This document shows positions 7,530-15,447 of a DNA stretch of 64,000 nucleotides, piece by piece. The position numbers were made by a program, and so were the translations under genes. How positions within the stretch are numbered: position 1 is the first letter of the stretch; each line of letters begins with the position of its first letter. Under the pieces are notes generated by a model. The model saw only the letters and a program-made list of their open reading frames with translations. It did no database searches and was not told the origin of the DNA. This stretch comes from Patescibacteria group bacterium (lineage in GTDB: Bacteria > Patescibacteriota > Patescibacteriia > Patescibacteriales > UBA12465): the NCBI GenBank assembly GCA_041658665.1, contig JBAZZR010000001.1, positions 576 through 64,575 on the forward strand, in the 5' to 3' direction.

Positions 7530-8555
7530 ATGAAAATTATTTTAGTAAAAGCCTTCACGCGAGAATTTCCGTTAGTCCATTTGCAAATGTGGGGTCGACG
7601 GTATGAGAAAGAATTTTTAGGCGAACCAATGCCACCAATACCGATATATGTTTTTGTTTTGAAGGATGGTTTGACCGCCGCCTACCGTAATTTGGATGGG
7701 CAAATTAATTCCGTTCATGAGATTATTAGATTAAAGATTGAGGCGGATAAGGATTATATAGATCATTTAGTTTTAAAAGACGCCGCCAGCGTAGATTATC
7801 TAATTAGGGTTAATAATAAGACGGAAATAACCAATTCGGAATTTGTCGCCTATTTAGATAAGCTTTTTGATGTTTGGCAGCTTCATTATATAGCGCAGTT
7901 TGTACCCTTGGATGAAAAAAGATTTAATGCCGAGATTAGAACTAAAGCGCTAGAGCTTAGAAAAACAGTGGATAGTAAAATTATAGATTGTTGGGATTCG
8001 CTCACGCCAATGCTAAAAAAATTGTATCCGAGACTTGGCAGTCTAGTTGTTTATATAAGTTGGGATGAAATAAGAAATTTTACTATACCGAGTCAGAAAG
8101 AGTTAGAAAAGAGAGCTGGTGAAGGAATATTATTATTTAACGGGGGAGTAGTTAGCTCGGAAAAACTGGAAAAATTAAAAAAGCAGTATGATTTTAGGCT
8201 AGAGGATAACGTCGTTATTAGCGGCACGAAAGAATTAAAGGGACAGACCGCTTGTCCGGGTCTAGTAACGGGAAAAGTAAGAATCATTTTGAGAAAAGAA
8301 GATGTTGCGAATTTTCTTGCCGGGGAAATTTTAGTTTCTTATATGACCATGCCAATTTTTATTTCAGCCATGAAAAAAGCGGCCGCTTTTATTACCGACG
8401 AAGGCGGGATTACTTGTCATGCGGCTATTTTATCGCGAGAGGTGCAGATACCTTGTGTTATTGGGACTAAAATTGCGACGCAAGTATTAAAAAATGGAGA
8501 TTTAGTTGAAGTTGATGCCGATAAGGGGGTAGTAAAAATTTTAAAAAGGGCTTAA
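7530..8555 (+). CDS. PEP-utilizing-enzyme mobile (swivel phosphohistidine) domain protein with unrecognised N-terminal domain
   Basis: C-terminal ~100 aa (GQTACPGLVTGKVRII ... DEGGITCHAAILSREVQIPCVIGT) matches the PEP-utilizers swivel domain, including the phospho-His context. The N-terminal ~230 aa are unassigned. Confidence 0.75.
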   Translation: MKIILVKAFTREFPLVHLQMWGRRYEKEFLGEPMPPIPIYVFVLKDGLTAAYRNLDGQINSVHEIIRLKIEADKDYIDHLVLKDAASVDYLIRVNNKTEITNSEFVAYLDKLFDVWQLHYIAQFVPLDEKRFNAEIRTKALELRKTVDSKIIDCWDSLTPMLKKLYPRLGSLVVYISWDEIRNFTIPSQKELEKRAGEGILLFNGGVVSSEKLEKLKKQYDFRLEDNVVISGTKELKGQTACPGLVTGKVRIILRKEDVANFLAGEILVSYMTMPIFISAMKKAAAFITDEGGITCHAAILSREVQIPCVIGTKIATQVLKNGDLVEVDADKGVVKILKRA

Positions 8556-8598
8556 ATCTATAACTAATTTCCCTGTATTGCCGCTCCACAAATAAATT

Positions 8599-9255
8599 AT
8601 GACTTTTGAAGGTATTTCGTCTATTAGTAATCAAGAAACTCTCGCTAATTATTATGAGAAAGATTTTAATATTGAGGAAAAGCTAAGAGAGCTTAAAGGT
8701 CCATATATCGAAATTGCTGGTCCCACCGCGAAAGGGTATGAGTTAATAGATGTAAACAATTTAGATAAAAAATTGTATGTTTCTAATTTTTATGATTCTT
8801 CACGGCGGGGTCAGCTTGATTTTAGAGGCGATGTTAAGAGATTGCCGATTAAAGACGCCTCTGTCGGCGCGTTATTTGTTTCAAATTTGGGCGGCTCACA
8901 AAGTGATAGTTCAAGTGAATTAAAGAAATTAAGGGGTAAGCTATTTAGCGAGCAGAGAGACCTGGTTACTAATAAGGAAATGGAGAAATATTCGCAGTTA
9001 TCACGCGATGAGCAAAGGCAATTAAAAGATGAAGCTATTGGGGAAGCTTTTAGGGTTCTTGAAAATAAAGGATTGTTAATTTGGCAAGGGGGCGATAATG
9101 GAGATGTTGTCACTGCGGAGCGCTTAGGTTTTGTTAGAAAAATAATAAAGAATACATTAGATCGGGATAGGATCAATAAATCCCCCCAACTGCTGGGCAG
9201 CGATTATGATTGTGTGTTTGAGAAGGTTTTGTTAGAAGCAGTAAAAGAGAGATAA
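8599..9255 (+). CDS. Hypothetical protein, weakly class I methyltransferase-like
   Basis: 218 aa. YIEIAGPT and DVKRLPIKDASVGALFVSNL resemble SAM-methyltransferase motifs I and post-II; weak call. Confidence 0.5.
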   Translation: MTFEGISSISNQETLANYYEKDFNIEEKLRELKGPYIEIAGPTAKGYELIDVNNLDKKLYVSNFYDSSRRGQLDFRGDVKRLPIKDASVGALFVSNLGGSQSDSSSELKKLRGKLFSEQRDLVTNKEMEKYSQLSRDEQRQLKDEAIGEAFRVLENKGLLIWQGGDNGDVVTAERLGFVRKIIKNTLDRDRINKSPQLLGSDYDCVFEKVLLEAVKER

Positions 9256-9275
9256 ATTTTTAGCTGTTTCGATAA

Positions 9276-9306
9276 AAAACCCGTCCACATTAAGTGAACG
9301 GGTTTT
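9276..9306 (+). terminator. Intrinsic terminator ending the 4972-9255 block
   Basis: ACCCGT(C)CAC-ATTAA-GTG(A)ACGGGT hairpin followed by TTTT. Confidence 0.65.
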
Positions 9307-9328
9307 GGTATATTTGTTATGTTTAGTC

Positions 9329-9357
9329 TTGACAAAAATAGATATAAGTTTTACAAT
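9329..9357 (+). promoter_or_regulatory. Sigma70-like promoter
   Basis: TTGACA (9329-9334), 17-nt spacer, TACAAT (9352-9357). A second TATAAT lies at 9375-9380. Confidence 0.55.
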
Positions 9358-9385
9358 AAATAATTACTTTTTTATATAATTTGAC

Positions 9386-9643
9386 GAGGAGACTAGCCAT
9401 AATGATTTTATGGCTAGCCTCTTCTTCAAATCATCCGGGAGAAGGCATGCCAGCGGCATGAAAATCGGTGAACTATAAAGTGTTAGTTCAAACATTACTA
9501 GTAGTAGTGGCTGATTAGAATAATATTCCTCAAGATGAAACGCGAGGCGTTGAGGACATCGCGGCTATATTACTTAGTCACTAATATAGCGCTTTCTAGA
9601 GAAAGTTAGCGGTGATTCAAAAGACTAAAAGAAGGAGAAAGAG
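9386..9643 (+). ncRNA. Long structured 5' leader or candidate cis-regulatory RNA (unclassified)
   Basis: Perfect 10-bp hairpin 9393-9417. Hairpin 9446-9460. H-type pseudoknot with S1 9527-9533/9550-9556 and S2 9541-9545/9559-9563. Perfect 9-bp hairpin 9564-9590. Hairpin 9592-9605. Then the GAAGGAG Shine-Dalgarno. Confidence 0.4.
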
Positions 9644-10459
9644 ATGAATAAGTCTCAAGCTGCCACCAAGGAGTGGAATGAAAAGTTCGGGTTCTTTAAA
9701 ATTACAGGTTTAGGTCACATGTATTTAGCTATTCTGGCTATCGCCAAGAGCAAGGCGGATATCTCTAAACTGCATGAGATGTTGCCAGATAATCAGCGAT
9801 TATTTAGGGGGGATTTGATTAAACTAGAAGATTTCTGGTATAAGCACATCAAAAACTCTCATTTTTTTGAGGGTTCGATCAGATGGCTACTGGGCATGCT
9901 CGCAGAATATGAAGAATATGGATTAATAGGCAGGCCGCCTGATCAAAAAAGTAATGTTAGATATTATTTAGATTACGTATGCTCACGACGAGTTGAACCG
10001 AAGGGAAGAGTATGGCAAAATTTTCGTCGCCATCATTTGATTTTGAGTTCGGCAGAGAGACGAGGGCATGGTTATTTCCATTTTTCCACCAGCCTTATTG
10101 ATTCTAAGGATTGGGCTGTTTTTCCTCTTTTGCTAGGATGCTATCTGTCTAAGGATCAAGCGAGCCTGATAGTCCAACTAGTTACCTATTCAGAAAGTTT
10201 GACTGAACGGTCAGCTTATCTTATAGGCCGCTTACCTGATTATGTGATGATAAGTGCTGTTTTTGGGCCAAAGGGGCAAGAGGTTGATCTATCGTATAGT
10301 TTAACTGCCGTAGGGCTTAAAGATAAATTAAGCCCATATGAAGATCCTGATTGTCCTGGTAGTTTATATTACATGGCTAATTCAGATTTTTTGGAGAAAC
10401 TTGAATTTAGGCTTAAAGAATTCGGAATCCCAGTGGGGAATATTAGCCCTATACTTTGA
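9644..10459 (+). CDS. Hypothetical protein (orphan)
   Basis: 271-aa ORF with strong Shine-Dalgarno, followed by two hairpin+T-run terminators (about 10487-10520 and 10535-10563). Confidence 0.65.
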   Translation: MNKSQAATKEWNEKFGFFKITGLGHMYLAILAIAKSKADISKLHEMLPDNQRLFRGDLIKLEDFWYKHIKNSHFFEGSIRWLLGMLAEYEEYGLIGRPPDQKSNVRYYLDYVCSRRVEPKGRVWQNFRRHHLILSSAERRGHGYFHFSTSLIDSKDWAVFPLLLGCYLSKDQASLIVQLVTYSESLTERSAYLIGRLPDYVMISAVFGPKGQEVDLSYSLTAVGLKDKLSPYEDPDCPGSLYYMANSDFLEKLEFRLKEFGIPVGNISPIL

Positions 10460-10622
10460 ATTCGGAAAATTCGGAAACTTAAAGGTTTACCAGTTGCCCT
10501 CAGCAACTGGTTTTATTTTTTATCTGTATCAAATAAAAACACGGAGCGATATCCGTGTTTTTTCGTTGTTTTAAATATTAGCAGGAAGGCGGTGATAAAA
10601 CTAAAAAAGTAGATTATATTTT

Positions 10623-10829
10623 TTATAATAGTTCGTCGACTTTACAGCCTAAGGCATCGGCAATTCTTTTGACGGTTTCTACTCTCGGATCAAGGGTGGC
10701 CCCGGATTCTATTTTGGTAATGGTATGCAAAGTTACTCCGGCTAGCTTCGAGAGCTTGTCTTGTGATAATTCCGCTTTTTGACGGTATTTTCTAACGTTT
10801 TTGGCAATTGACATAGTAATCTTATGCAT
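10623..10829 (-). CDS. XRE-family helix-turn-helix transcriptional regulator
   Basis: 68 aa; NVRKYRQKAELSQDKLSKLAGVTLHTITKIESG is a typical HTH_3/Cro-C1 motif. Confidence 0.85.
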   Translation of the reverse strand: MHKITMSIAKNVRKYRQKAELSQDKLSKLAGVTLHTITKIESGATLDPRVETVKRIADALGCKVDELL

Positions 10830-10832
10830 ACA

Positions 10833-10861
10833 TTGACGTTATAGTAAAACTTTACTATAAT
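10833..10861 (+). promoter_or_regulatory. Sigma70-like promoter overlapped by a perfect palindromic candidate operator
   Basis: TTGACG (10833-10838), 17-nt spacer, TATAAT (10856-10861). The spacer and -10 contain TTATAGTAAA-AC-TTTACTATAA (10839-10860). An extra half-site CTTTACTATT lies at 10878-10887. Confidence 0.55.
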
Positions 10862-11086
10862 TATTATATAATTAAATCTTTACTATTAACCAAATTCCGT
10901 TTATTATTTTCTACTTTATTTGATTTTGGAGACAAAACTAATGAGTACCTAATACATAAGTACCATAATCCGTAAAAGAAAGCAATAACTAACTAATAAA
11001 TATTATAAAAAATTATGGAGCGGGGAAGCCTCTGGTGGGGCACGGACAATAAAATAAAAAATTGAAAAATGTAATCAATAAATTAT

Positions 11087-13327
11087 ATGAAAAAATTTAA
11101 CAAAAAAGTATCAGTAGTTATTCTAGCGGTTTTAATGGTTCTTGGTTTAAGCGGTCCGATGACGGCTCTAGCGGCTGGCCCGGCCGCCGTTAATCTTTTG
11201 ACGGCTGGTAATTTTTCGATTTTATCAAAAACCGGCATTACTAATACTGGTAGTCATACTTCGGTTATCCTCGGCAATATCGGTTCTAGCCCGATTACGG
11301 CGGCAGCGATGAATAATGTTTTTTGTTCAGAAATTACGGGAACAATATATGGTACTAATGCGGCCTACGTTGGTAGTGGCGACCAAGCTTGTTTTGCCGG
11401 TAATCCGCCGTTATCTAATATGACCTTAGTAGACGATGCCGTTCTTGATATGGAAGCGGCTTACTCTAACGCGGCTTTAAGACCACTACCTGATAGCGTT
11501 GAGCCATTTCTTGGAAACATTGGCGGGCAAACGTTTGCGCCAGGACTTTATAAATGGAGCACTGATGTTAATGTTGCTAGCGATGTGACGCTTTCGGGCG
11601 GTTCTAGCGACGTTTGGATATTTCAAATAGCCGGAGATCTTAATATCGCCTCAGGCGGTAGTGTGCCGGCCGGCATTAAAGTATTACTTATTGGGGGAGC
11701 CCAAGCTTCAAATATATTTTGGCAAGTTGGGGGCCCAACCGGAGCAACACTAGGAACATACTCAACATTCAATGGGAATATTTTGAGCGCCAAACAAATT
11801 ATCATGCAAACAGGGGCTATTTTATATGGTCGGGCCTTAGCGCAAACTCAAGTTACTTTGGATGCTAATAATATTTCTACTCCGACGACCACTCCCGCGA
11901 CTTTGCATGTTATTAAACAAGTAGTAAATAATAGTGGCGGGACGGCAACTAGTTCTAATTTTAATTTACACGTTAAGCTTTCTGGAGTTGATGTCGTCGG
12001 GAGTCCAGCGGTTGGAACGACCACGCCGGGGACCACTTATTCACTAGCCGCGGGGACTTACGTAGTGAGTGAAGATATTAATGCCTCTTATGTAAAAAGT
12101 TTTAGTGGTGATTGCGATGCTAGTGGAAACGTGACTCTTGCTTCTGGCGCTAATAAAACTTGTACAATTACTAATACTGATATTCCGCCTGTTCCGGCGA
12201 CTCTTCATGTTATTAAGCTCGTTGTTAACGGTAACGGCGGGACAGCTGTTCCGGCGGATTTTAATGTGCATTTGAAAAATGCTGGCGTAGATGTAGCCGG
12301 GAGTCCGGCGGTCGGAACCTCGATACCGGGGACGGCTTATTCGCTAGCGGCGGGTACTTATGTAATAAGCGAAGATGCTAATACTTCTTATGTAAAAAGT
12401 TTTAGCGGGAATTGTGATTCTAACGGGAGCATAACTCTTGCCGCGGGTACGGATAGAACTTGTACAATTATTAATACTGATATTCCCGTGCCAGCCCCGT
12501 CTGGCGGCGGCGGAAGTATGGGGACGCCGCTTGTGCCAGTAATTGGTATTTCTAAGGTTCCAACCCCTTTAGCTTTATCAGATGGACCCGGCTCAGTTAC
12601 TTATAATTATAATGTTTGGAATGTGGGCGGACAGTTAGCCTTAATTAATGTTAAAGTTAGTGATGATAAGTGTAGTTCAGTTAGTTTGTGGTCCGGTGAT
12701 TTAAATAATAATTCTAAATTAGACCCAGGTGAAAACTGGCGATACCGTTGTGTCGCTACTCTTTCAGATACTACCACTAATACAGCGATTGCTACGGGTT
12801 ATGGCGATGATGCCTATCGTCAGATAGCGGTAGCGACAGCAGTGGCGACTGTTGTAGTTGGCGCTCCTTTGCCAGCCCCTCTTATTAATATCGTCAAAGT
12901 CCCGAGTCGTTTAACCCCGTTTCCTTTCGGAGGTGGGAATGTTAAATATACTTATACAGTAACTAACCCTGGAGTAGTAACCATGGATAACGTAACAGTT
13001 GTTGATGACAAATGTAGTCCAGTTTCTATTGTTTCTGGTGATATTGATGATGACGGGTTACTTGACCCAAGTGAAAAATGGGTTTATACCTGTCAAACTA
13101 ATGTGGCGGTTTCTACTCGTAATATTGCTACAGTCGAAGGTAGGGGTAATGGTTTTATCGCTCTCGGTTATGCTTTTGCTAATGTTTTAGTTTCTTCTCC
13201 TAGTCTTCCTAACGCGGGAGTTCCGCCGTTAGAGGAAAGTCTTTCTTGGAACTTCGTTATATTTTCTGGTCTCTTTCTGTTAGTTTCGACGGCATTATTT
13301 CTAGTTTTAAGAAAACATAAAAGTTAA
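11087..13327 (+). CDS. Sortase-anchored modular surface protein with ice-binding-like (DUF3494-type) N-terminal domain
   Basis: Signal peptide. LLTAGNFSILSKTGITNTG...GNIGSSP and ...YGRALAQTQVTL resemble the DUF3494 beta-helix. Then 2 x 100-aa repeats and 2 x ~110-aa DUF11-like repeats. C-terminal LPNAG, hydrophobic helix and RKHKS form a sorting signal. Confidence 0.8.
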   Translation: MKKFNKKVSVVILAVLMVLGLSGPMTALAAGPAAVNLLTAGNFSILSKTGITNTGSHTSVILGNIGSSPITAAAMNNVFCSEITGTIYGTNAAYVGSGDQACFAGNPPLSNMTLVDDAVLDMEAAYSNAALRPLPDSVEPFLGNIGGQTFAPGLYKWSTDVNVASDVTLSGGSSDVWIFQIAGDLNIASGGSVPAGIKVLLIGGAQASNIFWQVGGPTGATLGTYSTFNGNILSAKQIIMQTGAILYGRALAQTQVTLDANNISTPTTTPATLHVIKQVVNNSGGTATSSNFNLHVKLSGVDVVGSPAVGTTTPGTTYSLAAGTYVVSEDINASYVKSFSGDCDASGNVTLASGANKTCTITNTDIPPVPATLHVIKLVVNGNGGTAVPADFNVHLKNAGVDVAGSPAVGTSIPGTAYSLAAGTYVISEDANTSYVKSFSGNCDSNGSITLAAGTDRTCTIINTDIPVPAPSGGGGSMGTPLVPVIGISKVPTPLALSDGPGSVTYNYNVWNVGGQLALINVKVSDDKCSSVSLWSGDLNNNSKLDPGENWRYRCVATLSDTTTNTAIATGYGDDAYRQIAVATAVATVVVGAPLPAPLINIVKVPSRLTPFPFGGGNVKYTYTVTNPGVVTMDNVTVVDDKCSPVSIVSGDIDDDGLLDPSEKWVYTCQTNVAVSTRNIATVEGRGNGFIALGYAFANVLVSSPSLPNAGVPPLEESLSWNFVIFSGLFLLVSTALFLVLRKHKS
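11894..12493 (+). repeat. Tandem 300-nt (100-aa) intragenic repeat, 2 copies
   Basis: PATLHVIKQVVNNSGGTA...CTITNTDIP versus PATLHVIKLVVNGNGGTA...CTIINTDIP. Unit starts are at 11894 and 12194. Confidence 0.9.
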
Positions 13328-13332
13328 AATTT

Positions 13333-14013
13333 ATGTTACCAAAAGTTTCCGTCCGATGGTCATTATTTATTGTTATTTTGATGGAGATTGCCATTCCTTC
13401 CTTCCTTATTTCAGTTTTTATTTTTGGTCTGCCGGTTCAGGGTTCTTATAAAAAACCCGTTAAGTTAGTCAGTGGCAGTCCAGTTTTATCAAAGGTTGTT
13501 GTCGCTAAGACTGGAGTGGCTAGCTCAAGCGTCGTTTCTCCAGAACAAGAGAATTCAAGAATGCCCAGTCGTCTTAAAATTCCTAAGATAAGAGTTAACG
13601 CTGGGCTAGAAAGTGTAGGGGTTACTCCTCAAGGCGCGGTCGGCGTTCCTCAAGGCGCTGTTAACGCCGCTTGGTTTAATCTTGGACCACGGCCAGGGGA
13701 TATTGGTAGCGCGGTTATTACTGGGCATTACGGTCGCTGGAAAAACGGTGTAGCGACGGTGTTTAATAATTTATCTAAATTAAAAAAAGGGGATAAAATA
13801 TACGTCGAAAATAAAAAGGGATCAACGACTGTTTTTATAGTACGTGAACTGCGAACTTATGGCCCAAAAGATGATGTTACGAATGTGTTTAATTCTAGTG
13901 ACGGTCAAGCGCATCTCAATCTTATTACCTGTGAAGGTGTTTGGGATAAAGTTTCTAAGAGTTATTCTAAGCGATTAGTAGTATTTACTGATAAGGAAAA
14001 AATTAATCCTTAA
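13333..14013 (+). CDS. Sortase-family transpeptidase
   Basis: N-terminal TM helix. Catalytic-type motifs ITGH, LNLITCEG (TLxTC-like Cys) and a distal Arg (KRLVVF). Starts 6 nt after the substrate gene. Confidence 0.8.
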   Translation: MLPKVSVRWSLFIVILMEIAIPSFLISVFIFGLPVQGSYKKPVKLVSGSPVLSKVVVAKTGVASSSVVSPEQENSRMPSRLKIPKIRVNAGLESVGVTPQGAVGVPQGAVNAAWFNLGPRPGDIGSAVITGHYGRWKNGVATVFNNLSKLKKGDKIYVENKKGSTTVFIVRELRTYGPKDDVTNVFNSSDGQAHLNLITCEGVWDKVSKSYSKRLVVFTDKEKINP

Positions 14014-14191
14014 GAAGGTTATTGATTTATTTTGTTAAGAGATATTTAAAAAATAGCCCGTCGGGGCTGTTTTTTATAGGAATAAGGCGTTTTTTTATCC
14101 CCTTGCAAAAATATGATTATTGTGTCAATATATTATTTACATAAAATAAATTAATTGTTTCATTAAAAATCATTAAATAAAGGAGATCACA

Positions 14192-14467
14192 GTGGAAACT
14201 ATAGTGGATCCAAAAAAACTGTTTCTAAACGCCGTTTTGCAGGGTTCAGATCCTTCTTCCTGGTATGAATTAGAGGCCTATGAACGGGCGGTTTTAAGAT
14301 TAGGTAATGTTCCGAAGAGGGTATTCGAGAATCTTAAAGAATCAATAGGTAGTGTCGAAGACGCAGAAATTGCTTTCGACGCTGTCGCTTCAGCGAAAGG
14401 AGAGCTGAGTTCAGAACTTAGTTCAGAAGAAATGGAAATCGGTAAAATATTGATGGGGTTCTGGTAA
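14192..14467 (+). CDS. Small acidic hypothetical protein
   Basis: 91-aa ORF with GTG start 7 nt after AAGGAG. Confidence 0.5.
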   Translation: METIVDPKKLFLNAVLQGSDPSSWYELEAYERAVLRLGNVPKRVFENLKESIGSVEDAEIAFDAVASAKGELSSELSSEEMEIGKILMGFW

Positions 14468-14469
14468 AT

Positions 14470-14519
14470 AGTTCTTGGTAAAGTTCTTAGTGAAAGTCCT
14501 TAGTGAAAGTTCGTATAAT
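14470..14519 (+). repeat. Short tandem repeat, 12-13 nt x ~4
   Basis: AGTTCTTGGTAA / AGTTCTTAGTGAA / AGTCCTTAGTGAA / AGTTCGTATAAT, directly after the stop of ORF 14192-14467. Confidence 0.7.
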
Positions 14520-14558
14520 TAACATTAGTTATTTTTTAAAAAAAATTCTGGAGTCAAC

Positions 14559-14687
14559 ATGGAAAATGTTTACCATCCCGATATCCCAGCGAAAAAACCT
14601 CGTACTTTTAAGTTAAGTGTTTTTGGCCTGGTATATGTCATAATATCCGGCCTCGTCACCTGGTTGATTATTAGTAGCTTAGGTTGA
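14559..14687 (+). CDS. 42-aa single-TM small protein (not in the ORF track)
   Basis: ATG 6 nt after GGAG. MENVYHPDIPAKKPRTFKLSVFGLVYVIISGLVTWLIISSLG. Followed by a hairpin+T7 terminator at about 14706-14748. Confidence 0.5.
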   Translation: MENVYHPDIPAKKPRTFKLSVFGLVYVIISGLVTWLIISSLG

Positions 14688-14871
14688 TTGCTTAAATTGG
14701 CAAATTTAAAACGGCTATTGTCAGAGATAGCTGTTTTTTTATTGGAGTTTATTAGAATTTTTCTGTCTTGACAGAATAGTTATAATTTATTATTATAATA
14801 TGAATATTTAAAATAAATATTTATGGTAAATGGTCTTTAAAAATAAAAAATAAAAAGAAAGGGATCGTGTT

Positions 14872-15399
14872 ATGAAAAAAATTTCAGCTCAAGCCGGAAC
14901 ATTCTTTATTATGTTCTTAGCTCTCGCGGTAGTGTTCTATGGAACACTAGTGACAGTAATTAGCTCGGACTTGAATCGAGATGTTAAATATTTGATTTAT
15001 AAGTCTGGCTCTAGTTTAGGGATGGTTAGTACTATTTATATTAATGGTAAATTATCAGATACTCGTTTGATAATTATATTTAAAGAAACGAGTTCTAGTC
15101 GTCAGGAAACTATAGCCATTTTTCCTTTTTGGCGCGGTTGGCTCGAAGGCAGTAATAAAATCGTTAAAATTATTAGAGCCGATGGCCGGGTAGTCAATAC
15201 GGACTATGCTGGTCGTATCGAAAAGTCGTCTGTTCAATGGGAAGATAGATTTCTATACTCTCAAGTCATAGAAAAAGTTAGGTTAATTACCAAGCCGGAA
15301 AATATAGCTTTTAAATTTAATCGTCACGGCTATGACGATCGAAATTTAGCCTTAATTGACCGGAATTTTGTTTTAGGTCTGTTCAAAAGTTATCGCTAA
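14872..15399 (+). CDS. Membrane-anchored hypothetical protein
   Basis: 175 aa with an N-terminal hydrophobic helix; no family recognised. Confidence 0.55.
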   Translation: MKKISAQAGTFFIMFLALAVVFYGTLVTVISSDLNRDVKYLIYKSGSSLGMVSTIYINGKLSDTRLIIIFKETSSSRQETIAIFPFWRGWLEGSNKIVKIIRADGRVVNTDYAGRIEKSSVQWEDRFLYSQVIEKVRLITKPENIAFKFNRHGYDDRNLALIDRNFVLGLFKSYR

Positions 15400-15447
15400 G
15401 AAATTTTAGGAAAAAATTAAATTCATTAACTTCAAAGGAGAACGAAA

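Noticed and set aside
9431-9475. TPP riboswitch resemblance (AATCATCCGGGAGAAGGCATGCCAGCG versus the THI-box ...CCTGATCTGGATAATGCCAGCG)
   Set aside because: The essential CTGAGA pyrimidine-sensing element and the P2/P3 architecture are absent, and the downstream gene has no thiamine link. The similarity is limited to ATGCCAGCG.
11894-12493. The 300-nt tandem repeats of the surface protein as a diversity-generating retroelement TR/VR pair
   Set aside because: Differences between copies involve all four bases rather than adenine-specific substitutions. Both copies are in-frame parts of one CDS, and no reverse transcriptase is present in the window.
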